From positions 8,405,499 to 8,469,498 of the forward strand of contig MU053652.1 in the NCBI GenBank assembly GCA_013239625.1: a DNA stretch of 64,000 nucleotides. The letters are read 5' to 3'. The first letter of the stretch is position 1. Every line of letters starts with the position of its first letter. Made by a program: the position numbers and the translations under genes. The notes under the pieces were generated by a model. That model did no database searches. It worked only from the letters and a program-made list of their open reading frames with translations, and was not told the origin of the DNA. Below, one piece after another: positions 53,950 through 64,000 of the stretch. Source of the stretch: Lama guanicoe (lineage: Eukaryota).

Positions 53950-54837
53950 ATGATACCCATCCAACTCACTGTCTTCTGCATAATCGTCTACATGCTCGAG
54001 TCCTTGATAATAATTGTGCAGAGCAGCTTAACTGCTGTGGTGCTGGGCAGAGAGTGGGTGCGGGTTAAAAGGCTGTCACCTGTGGACAAGATTCTCACCG
54101 TTCTGGGCATCTGCCGCTTCTGTCAACAGTGGTCATCGATGCTGTTCAATTTCTGCTCCTACCTCCACCCTAACTACGTATTTTGGTACTTGGCGACCGT
54201 CTGGGAATTTATTAACACTCTTTCGTTCTGGTTAACCTCCTTGCTTGCTGTCTTCTACTGTATCAAAGTCTCTTCCTTCAGCCATCCCATCTTCCTCTGG
54301 CTGAAGTGGAGAATTGTGAAGTTGGTTCCTCGGCTGCTGCTGGGTTGTCTGCTGATTTCTTGTCTGTCAATCATCTTTTCAGCTATGAGGCATCGCATCA
54401 CAATTCAGTTAAAGTCTATGAGGCACTTTGCTAGAAACAGCACTGTGATTGAAAGACTTGAGACATTTCAGTGGGATTTTTCCATATATCAGCAAGTGGC
54501 GGTGCTGGTTATTCCTTTCCTCCTGTTCCTGGTCTCCGTTGTCTTGCTCATGACCTTATTGTCCCAACATCTGAGGCAGATGAAACATGATCACACTGGG
54601 CACTCCAGCTCCAGCCTGAAAGCTCACGTTACTGCCCTGAGGTCTCTGGCCATCTTCCTCATCATCTTCACATCTTATTTTCTGGTCATACTCATCTCCA
54701 TCATAGGTACCCTCCTGGATAAGGGGTCCTGGTTCTGGGCCTGGGAAGCTGTCATCTATGCTGTAGTCTCGATTCATTCCATTTTACTGATGCTGACCAG
54801 CCCTAAGTTGAAAAAGGCCTTACCGGTAAGATGCTAG
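53950..54837 (+). CDS. TAS2R16: Taste receptor type 2 member 16 (bitter beta-glucoside receptor), intronless 7-TM GPCR, 295 aa
   Basis: Lies within ORF 53827..54837; the first in-frame ATG is at 53950 (A at -3). MIPIQLTVF...LESL.IIVQSSL...LGREW, WEF.N.L.FWL, FYCIKVSSF.H.IFLWL.WRI, RNSTV, TALRSLA, W.WEA and HS..LML.SP.LK match human TAS2R16 as I recall it. No frameshift or internal stop. Confidence 0.97.
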   Translation: MIPIQLTVFCIIVYMLESLIIIVQSSLTAVVLGREWVRVKRLSPVDKILTVLGICRFCQQWSSMLFNFCSYLHPNYVFWYLATVWEFINTLSFWLTSLLAVFYCIKVSSFSHPIFLWLKWRIVKLVPRLLLGCLLISCLSIIFSAMRHRITIQLKSMRHFARNSTVIERLETFQWDFSIYQQVAVLVIPFLLFLVSVVLLMTLLSQHLRQMKHDHTGHSSSSLKAHVTALRSLAIFLIIFTSYFLVILISIIGTLLDKGSWFWAWEAVIYAVVSIHSILLMLTSPKLKKALPVRC

Positions 54838-57800
54838 GACTTACAGGCTGCCTGAGGCACAGGGTACAAGAAGACCCCTGGGCAGAAGAGAGTTTGTATT
54901 GATACAACTAATACCAATAACCCAACTGGCATGACTCTTGACAATCCCCTGTGTGACAGTGATGTACCATAAACGCGAGCCTCATTCTCTCTCCCCACAG
55001 CCGTCTCCTTCTAAACGAGAAATCCATTCTCTATTCTTTGCCACCCCTTTCTTTTCCTTCCCACACTCTCCAGGTTGGTCCTAACTTTCTATGACTTCCC
55101 CATCTCTCCTTAATCCACTCTACCTCTGGAATCTTACTCCAAGGATATTCAGCACAAGAGATCCAAAATCACGGTGTCCACATTTTATTTTTATGTTTAC
55201 CCATTTCATGACTGCCAGTTCTTCACATATTAACACAAACCCCTTCCTCGCAAGAATGTATTGCCCACACTCCGAACGCTCTCCATACCTAAGCCCTCGC
55301 TTTATTTTCAAAACTTTAGTCAGGAAAAGGTCTTGTATCTCTCTCTGCTGCTGCTGCTTCTGGACTTTCATTTAATTATATGAATTTCCTCATTTGTGTC
55401 TCTTCCAAATTCTCCATGGTTTTACTACTCAAGTCAAATTTTAACACTTCTTTCATTTTCATTTGCCAAGACACACTACTCTTCCCAGAGTAGCAGACTA
55501 TTTACCCATCCCAGGTTCATCCTCTCCAAATATCAGCGATGTAATTGAGCCAATTGCACACTGTTTCCATTGGCCGGATTCTTGCCTCTTCATTGTACTA
55601 TAAGTTGGAAAGAAATTTCTAGAAATATTCCCAGACTGAAGCTTAGTTGATTTTCGTCCATACACAATCCAGAGGTCAGCTGGGAACTCCTCTATTTCAT
55701 AAAATCTGAGTGACATTGGCTTAAATTTTCTAGTCTTCTATTCTATTCTCTCTGACAGTCCAAAGTCCTCCCCAAATGGGTAGGAATACAGGAACCACAC
55801 AGCAATCAATTTAAAATCGCTGATAAGACTTTCCTGTTCTTTAGATGTCCTTTTCAGCCTCCCTCGTCTCACAGGTTTTTCTTATACCCACTTCCTTATA
55901 AGACCTAGTCCTACCTTATCCCCATGGCATCTCTCTACTTATTTCTCTGCTCTTCACCCTTACCCTCTAGCAACAAAATGTCTTGGTAACTGCCAACTCC
56001 TAGACCTTTGAGTCTCAAGTTTCCATCTGTTCCAGGCACTTATCAAGATATTTTTTTCTAAAAGAAGCTTCATCCTTTAAAGCTTCTGGTGCCAGAGTTT
56101 TAGAATACAATTTTTTTTTCACCTTTTATATACATTGGGGCATGTCTGATAAACTGAACTTCTGGCTTGGCCATTGTAAGACTGAAACGCCTCCTGGGGG
56201 GAAAAAATCCTACAAGAAAAAAGAATGTCAGTATCTCAAGTCTGACCACAAAAGAAAGGCTGGAAGGGAATGGAAATTCTGGGTTGGTCTTGAGTCTACC
56301 ACTCTCGTTTGCCTTCCAGTCAAGTTATGCCTTGAATTCGTATTTGAAGCTGAGGGTGTGAAGTGTCTGCACAAACTGGAGGAACACTTTCTCCAAAGAC
56401 TCTGTCCCATCTGACGTGTCTCAGCAGCTCTTTGACTGTTGCACAGAAGGGGAGTAAAGCATACTTCCCCACTTGACAGCAGTGCTCCCTGCAGCCTTGG
56501 CGTTTCCCAAGCTCCAGTGGTTCAACTGTGGAAGAAGGGGGGCCAGCACCTGGCGAATGCAGCGATGTCTAGGGAACAGAGTCATAACCAGATGAAGCGG
56601 GACTGGGTAGAAAAAGGAAAATAAAAAGCTAGATATCAGCATGGTGTTATCTGACCAGAGACTCCAGGAATGCTTAGGAGGTGGGGTGGTGGGTTGCAAG
56701 AGTTTGGGAGCCTGCCAGAATAGGTGGGACAAAAAAGCAAATGAAATTTGAATTACTGCAGTTGGTCATTTGCATCCACATAGTGCATGATCTGAAATCT
56801 CAGAAAGCTGAAAGAAACAGAAACTATATTCCTCACATGTGGGTAAATAGAGAGTGGGGACAAAAAAGAAAATTCTGCCTCTGCCACCAACTACCAGATA
56901 CACAGATACTTTTCCAGAAGCTCTTAAATATGTATAATACTCTGTCTTCTTTTGAGTAAAGTACAATGGGAAAGGAATCCAGGATATGCCTGAGGTGGCG
57001 GTGTTAGAGCCAGTGGCAGGGGTCTGGAAATTAATAAAATAAAATATAGAAACAGAAATAACAGCTACCCCGTATCTTTGTGGTACCGAATAGTTCACAG
57101 AGAGCCTCCCCATACATTTCGTCATCTTCAGCTGAACAGGGTAGGTCATGATCATTCAGTCTTGAAAAACAGACCTATCAAAGTCATGTGAATTATCTAA
57201 ATTCACACTGCTGGTTAATACCAGATCTAAGAATCAAAGGAAAAGGAAAGAAACAAAAAGATAAACTTCAAAGGAGCAAAGAGTTTTAATTTGGAAAAAG
57301 GTGGTTAAGATTTTAAAAGAAGATACTTTAGAAAGAATAGCAGAAATGTTTGGACCAAGAACAAGGTAATTTTTTTTGAGAGCTTGAATTAGCTGGATAT
57401 AACCAAGGGGTTATGCACCTGGGTTGTCCAATTAGTAAACAGCCTGCCCTATATAACACTCATTACCCACAGCACAGAGTGTGTTGAATGATAACTTACG
57501 AAAAACAAGGAGCAGAAAATAAAGAAGTCTGTGTTCCTGGGTTTTAAGAGCAAACGTTTAGAAGCCCATGGGCAGTCACAGTGAATTTAGGAGGAGCCAT
57601 GTAAATGCTGCAGCCCAGCACCCGGGTACATGCAGATACCATATACACACCAAACCTTTGGCAACTGGGAAGTAGATTCTCCACCCTTTATACAAGATGC
57701 CTTGAGCTTAATAAATAACTTGTGATGCAGAAGAGACTTGCAACAATGCTGAATTCCTGATAATGCTTGGTGTGATTTCTGTTCCTAATTAGGCATGCCA

Positions 57801-58084
57801 CAGAATTTATTTCCTGTATGATATTTTTTATGCCCCCACCCCCATTCCTACTGTTCAGGTTACATGGGTTTAAAATTTTCAGTTGCAGCATTTTGCCTAT
57901 TTCAAAGCCTAGTATTCAAGACCTTTCAAGATCTGCCTCTGAACTACCTACCCAGCCTTAATTCCCAATAATCTCCAACATAAATCCAAGTGTTTGTATG
58001 CGATGCCTCTGCTTATTGTTCCCTGAATATCCATGGGTAGGTCTACCTCCTCACATTTACTGATGCCATTTCCTTTACATTCCT

Positions 58085-60000
58085 GCATATATGAGAGTGT
58101 TTATATTTGGTCTCTCAATCTGTTCCATTGGTCTATATGTTTAGTTCTGTGCCAATACCATACTATTTTGAATACTATAGCTTTGTAGTATAGTTTGAAA
58201 TCAGGACATGTGATCCCTCCAGCTTTGTTCTTCATTCCCAGTATTGCTTTGGCTATTTTATGTTTCCATGTGAATTTTAAGATTGTTTTCTTTTTTCTGT
58301 TCAGAATGTCATTGGAATTTTGATAGCAATTGCATTGAATATATAGGTGGATTTGGACAGTATGAACATTTCAATAACATAAACTCTTCCAATCCATGAA
58401 TCTACGGAGTTTCTTTTCAGTTATTTGTGCCTTCTTCAATATCCTTCATCAACTTTTTTCATTTTCAGTGCACAGATCATTCACTTCCTAGGTTAAATCT
58501 GTCCCTAAGTATTTTATTGTTTTGATGCTATTGTGAGTGAAATTGTTTTCTTTATGTCTCCTTCAGATAGTTCATTGTTACTGTACAGAAACACAACTGA
58601 CTTCTTTATGTCAGTGTATATCATACAACTTCACTGCTTTCATTGATTAGTTTCAACATTTTTTTGATTGAGTCATCTGCAAATAAAAGTAATTTTACTC
58701 CTTCCTTTCAAATTTATCTGCGTTCCATTTCTTTGTCTCACCTGATTGCTATAGCTAGGACTTTCAGTATTATGTTGAGTAAGAGTGATGAGAGTGGGCA
58801 TCTTTGTCTTCTTCCTGATCTTACAGGAAAAGCTTTCCACATTTTATAATTGAGTATAACGTTAGTTGTGGGTTAGTCATAGATGGTCTTTATTATGTTG
58901 AGATATGTTACTTTCATAGCCAATTCGTTGAAGGTTTTTTTTTTTATCAAGAAAGAATGCTGAGTGTTGTCAAATGCTTGATCTGCATCTATTCAGATGA
59001 TCATTTGACTTTTATCCTTCACTCTATTAATGCAGTGTATCACATTTATTAATTTGAATATGTTGAATCATTTTTGCATCCCAGAAATAAATTCCTCTTG
59101 AGTATGATGTATAATGCATTTAATGTGCTGAAGAACTTGGTTTGCTTGTATTTTGTTGAGGACTTTTACATCTATGTTCATCAGTATTCTTGTCTGCTTT
59201 TGATATCAGGGTAATGCTGGCTTCATAAAATTAATTTGAAAGTATTCCCTCCTCTTCAATTTATTGGAATCGTTCAAGAAAGATTAGTGTTAATGCTTCT
59301 TTAAACGGCTGATTAAATTCACCAGTAAAATAATCTGGTCTTGAACTGTTTGTGCTGAGAGGTTTTTGATTACTGATTCAACCCTCTGAATCAATACAGA
59401 TCTGTTTATATTTCCTATTTCTTCATGATTCAGTCTTGGTAACTTTTATTTTTTTAGGAATTTATCTATTTCTTCTAGGTTACTCATTTATTGGCATATA
59501 ATTGTTCATAGTAGTTTCTTACACTCCTATGTATTTCGGTGATATCAGTTGTAATGTCTCCTCTTTCATTTCTGATTTTATTTGTGTCTTCTCTCTTTTT
59601 TCTCAGGTTTCTCAATTTTACCTTTAAAAACCAAGTAATAGGTTTTTTTTCTATTATATTTCTAGTCTTTATTTCATTTATTTCCATGCTGATCTTTATT
59701 ACGACCTTCATTCTGCTTACTTTGGACTTCGTTTTTCTGTTTCTAGTTCCTTGAGATGTGAAGTTTGGTTGTTTATTTGACATCTTTCTTTTTTCTTAAT
59801 ATATACGTTTATCACTATGCACTTTCCTCTAAGAACTACGGTTTGATTATTGTGCTTTGATTTTCATTTATTTTGAGATTGCTTTAAATTTCCCTTTTGA
59901 TTCCTTCTTTGACTCGTTGGTTGTTCAGAAGTGTGTTGTTTAGTTCCCACATGTTTTTTTAGTTCCCCAGCTTTCCTCCGTTGATTCATTATTTCATACT
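58085..60000 (-). mobile_element. Degenerate L1 ORF2 (RT region), ~1.9 kb, antisense
   Basis: Minus-strand ORF 59484..59783 reads KIRNERGDITTDITEI...YYEQLYANK (L1 ORF2p); flanks are typical antisense L1 with frameshifts and deletions. Confidence 0.93.
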
Positions 60001-62529
60001 ATAAATCAAAATGAAACTATTCTTAGAAACCCGTGGAATCTATAATACCTTCGAGAGGTGGGAAAAGATACTCTCTGGAACATGTTTGAAAGCAAGAGGT
60101 TGGAGAAAAACTTGTTTCTTCTGAACTCAAGTCCACTCAATAAATGTTACTGGAGACATAAAAGTCAGTAAGATGTTAAATGCCCCTACATTTTCTCTGA
60201 GATTGATTGTCAGATGCTACATATTACATACTTCTTATAAACAGACCCTGAGATAAGTTCCGTTCTCAGAAGGAGCTAAACCAAAGGCTGAGGTTGAGGT
60301 TTACCTCCGATGATGCCTGGTTTTCCTGCCACCACAGCCATCACGATTCGCTCTATCTGAACCCCGAGAGCAGCCTTAAATTTTGGACTTGATCACCATA
60401 ACTTTCAGTGTCTAGTAACTCATGAGCATTGAAGTCTGCTCTCCTTCCCACTCTGGTGTTTGTGTTTACATTTTGTTAATAATGTCATTATTCTTGTGTT
60501 AATAGTCCTCATCGTTTTTGTATTTCTATTGTAAACTATAGCAAGCTCTTCACAAAACTGGTCTTGCTAAAGATAAAGAGCCAGAAGAGAAAGGAAGACT
60601 ATCAAGGATAATACTATGAGTAGCATTGCAGCAAAAAAGCAATCATAACATAGCTGCAATTGTAAACGTTTTTAAAAAAATTTTCCAGACTTAATTTCAG
60701 AAATGCATATTAAAGGAGAGGGTTTGGGAAACTCTTTCTTGTAAAGCCTACAGGAGTATCTACTCATAATCGGTATAGAATAACTTACTCCTGTGACTAT
60801 TCATGTCAAAAAGCTTCCTAATAGAAAGGGAAATGCACCTTCTTTGATCCCTCTAGACAGAGCTTTTAGTAGAAACTTTGCGACTCATTCAGCATCTTTT
60901 AGCTGTCTCAAACTCCCAAAGCAACATTTCTTTAAGATGATTTGTTCTATTTTTAATAAAACTTGCAAAATTGATCCTAAGTGTGAACTGACTTTTTGCT
61001 AGTTTTGGTGACAAGGATATAGCTGTATAAACTATATTGTAGTGCCAAGTTTCTTCAAGAAATTTCTTCAGACAGCATATATCAAAAATGACAGGTCACA
61101 CTGTTAAATGAGAGATAAACCCTACACCATGATTTAAGTTTTTCTTTGAATTTTAAACTGAATGCTAGATTTTTAAAAATTGACTTTTATTAAAATAGGC
61201 TAAAACTGTTGAATTTTGAATGTTGAAAATTCATTTAATGTTGAAACAATAAAATAAAATAAAAGATGCTAGTTATAAGTAACTGAAACACAGCCAAGAT
61301 ACAGTCACAATGGCTGGGAATAATCACTTGCATTTGCAGGAAAAAAATAGAACTTAAAACTTAAGTTTAAAATTAGAGGGAAGATAAGTTTCACAAGCCT
61401 TCATTCTTAAAGTCTAAAGATAGACTGTGTAGGTAGATATTTCTTGAGAATATCAGCAGATTGGTGTTGTCAGCACTTGATGGTTTGAAAGAGACCCACT
61501 CCAAGAACTTGGAAAACAAGATTGTCTTCTGAAGAGTGAATCAAGAAATCACCTTTTCTCTCCATCTCTGCTATAAATGTAATTACCTAAGAATTAACCA
61601 GAAAATGGGAGAGTAGAATGTCCTCCAATCAAACCTCAAGATCTAAGTCTAGACAGAGTCCAGACTGTAACATACTACACAGAAAGAGAGGTAAAACAGA
61701 TCTCAGAATAGACTTTAAAAAACAAACAAACAAAAAGGTAACAAATTTGAACTTCGTGATGTTCATCTAGGTCTGCCCTGGTAGGGGGATGTGTGGTCAA
61801 CCAATCTGAAGCTTTCTAGTCTTACTGACAAGTCCTTCAAGCTATGACCTGAGAGCTTTGTCACTAGGTGATATAAATCCCGCCAGTTTTTGCTCAGTAT
61901 TCTCTCACTCACTCATCATTATGATTCAGCATTTCATATTAATGATAGTCTATGATCCTGCCTCTAAGTGGACATAAAAGGAAAATTCCTAGGACCTAAA
62001 ATATGAGTACAAGTAAAGGGAGAATCCATAACATACAAAAGTGTGGCATGGCAAGACTTCAGGTCCCAGGGCCTGAACACTAGAACAGGTGGCTGATACC
62101 CCACACCGACTTCTCTGCCCCCGCTGCCACCACCCTGAGAGCCTCCCCTAAGAAACTGAAGACAGACTCTGCAAAGCTGCTGTGGTCATTATGCTTTTGA
62201 CACTTGATAAATATTAAGATATTGGTTTCTGTGAGGTTCATTTCTGTCAGCTTCTTACTCACTTCTAGTGTTTTTCTGCCCAGGCTTAAGATCATATTGC
62301 TTGAGTTTAGGTAGCAATGTCCCTGACATCTTGATCACTTAGTTAACATGCATACTTATGCCCTCCACCTCAGTCTCATTTGTCTCTGTGTCAGTTTCAG
62401 TAGTAAGAGTCCATTTCTTAACCTAGCCACCCCAGAGAACTGACAGGGATGGCTCCCTGAGCCCACAGTTAAGGAGCAGAACCTGGAATGTGGTAACCTC
62501 ACTGAGATATTATTGTAAGAATAATCCTG

Positions 62530-62960
62530 TTGTGTTTAGGATTATTACTGTCATTGTCTAGGTCACTGTCCTTAGTGCAAGCAATGAAATCCACTCTAGA
62601 TGGTTTGAGAAGGGAGGGATTTACTACTCATTTTTAGGCAGGATATAGTTTCAGGGAGGGTTACAAAAACAGACAGAAGCGACGCAGCCGGAAGAAATGC
62701 CCAACCATACTTCAGTGTTGTTCCAGCAGCACCATGGAAGCCATGACATTAGGGAACAGGCAACAGAACTTGAGTACTGGCTGCTCCGGAAGCTTGGACA
62801 GTCTGACCCAAGATCAAATCTCACCTGCACAGCCACTACTCCACGTCACTCCCTCCTTGTGTGACTCTGGTGGGTGCCTCTGTCTGACTGAACCTGATCA
62901 CATATGGAGCCCTGGCTGTAAAGAGTCTGAAAAAAGTCATGTTTAGTATTTCAGCCTTCC
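62530..62960 (-). mobile_element. Old MLT1 (MaLR) LTR fragment
   Basis: cttagtgcaagcaatgaaatccactctag...ctgatcacatatggagccctggctgtaaagagtctgaaaaa; a similar fragment probably lies near 63290-63520. Confidence 0.6.
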
Positions 62961-64000
62961 CTGAAGGCTCACAGGAAAGGAGCAAGAGGGACAGCAGAGT
63001 GAGACAAAGCAGTCTCTCCAACTTTCTTATGCAAGTACCTACAATCTATAACTCACAGACCTCATACGTCTATTACCATTTTTCACTAGTAGAAAAATTA
63101 GTTATCACCAAAAATGTTTTTATACCTGGAACGGATTGGAAAATAAATCATGAAAGTTTTCAAGCAATTGACGCCAGAAAAAAATATATATATTAAAAAG
63201 AAAAGATAATTAAATATGGCTACCTTGACATTTGTTAAAATCAAAGGTCCCAAACTTCAGGACTGATAGTGAAAATACGTGAAGTACAGGTGAGACAATG
63301 CTAAGCTTGTCAGCACATACTGTACCCCATCCCCATGTGGTCTGCATTCTATTTCAACATGGGGGAAAACCCTTAAATGTAATGACAGAAAAAGGGAAGA
63401 AAAGATTCTTAGCTGTAGTAGATGGTCTTTATTTCCCTCCCTGATCCACTTTACCAGGACAGTGTACTTATCCCCTAGCTGTTGTCAGTGTGGGCTGCTA
63501 ACAGCTCACAGGTGCTCCTTTCCTGAGAGAACTGCAAACAAGGACAGAAACAGCCTCACTCAGGAGACTATTTCCAGGTCATATACTGCAGCCTACGGCT
63601 AGTTACTATACCCGTGCGGGCCAGACCAACTCCACGGCGTAATGCGTGCTCAGCTCCCCCTGGGCTCCCACATCCTTACCTAGCTCTCCCCACCTTGCCC
63701 TATCCAGCATCCTTTTCTTGTTTTCTCCTGAGAATGCTCCTTCAAGAAGCTGCTCAAATTTTGTATCCAGAGAATGAATATGAACTAAGAAAGTAGCTAA
63801 TTTCAATACTGTTGTAGAAAACAAATCGAAAACAGCGATGAAAAAATGACGAACCAATAATTACTAAAGAGAAATGCATGACAGATAAACAGGATAAAAA
63901 TAAGGTAGATGTATGTCAAACTTTAACTCTAACATTAGAGAACATACTTTCTTTTTAATGTTTGATGTAACATGAAAATTGACTACAAATTAAACCAAAA

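Noticed and set aside
56620..56625. AATAAA as the TAS2R16 poly(A) signal
   Set aside because: It is the first canonical hexamer I saw downstream, but it is 1.8 kb away in an A-rich run and cannot be supported without transcript data.
59484..59783. 99-aa minus-strand ORF as a host gene
   Set aside because: It is a fragment of L1 ORF2p within a decayed element.
62722..62742. REST/RE1-like site (cagcaccatggaagcc)
   Set aside because: The right half-site does not match, and it lies inside an LTR relic.

Overview
AT-rich, repeat-dense mammalian genomic DNA, most likely camelid (alpaca/llama/camel): two tRNA-derived SINEs resemble the camelid Vic-1 family, and several L1 3' tails are of the artiodactyl type. 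The only protein-coding gene I can support is an intact single-exon bitter taste receptor, TAS2R16 (53950-54837, +, 295 aa). It sits alone in intergenic sequence; in human this gene lies between SLC13A1 and CADPS2, and I recognise no exon of either here. The rest is decayed L1, L2, MIR, MaLR/ERVL/ERV1 LTRs, hAT DNA transposons and microsatellites, and the other ORFs in the track look like noise or L1 fragments. I found no convincing new biological system. The best leads are substitutions and a possible C-terminal nonsense change in TAS2R16, a cluster of octamer-like (POU) motifs upstream of it, a near-perfect 270-bp tandem duplication, a well-formed orphan micro-exon and a deletion junction fusing an L1 to an MLT1 LTR. 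Repeat families were called by eye from remembered consensus sequences and their boundaries are approximate.
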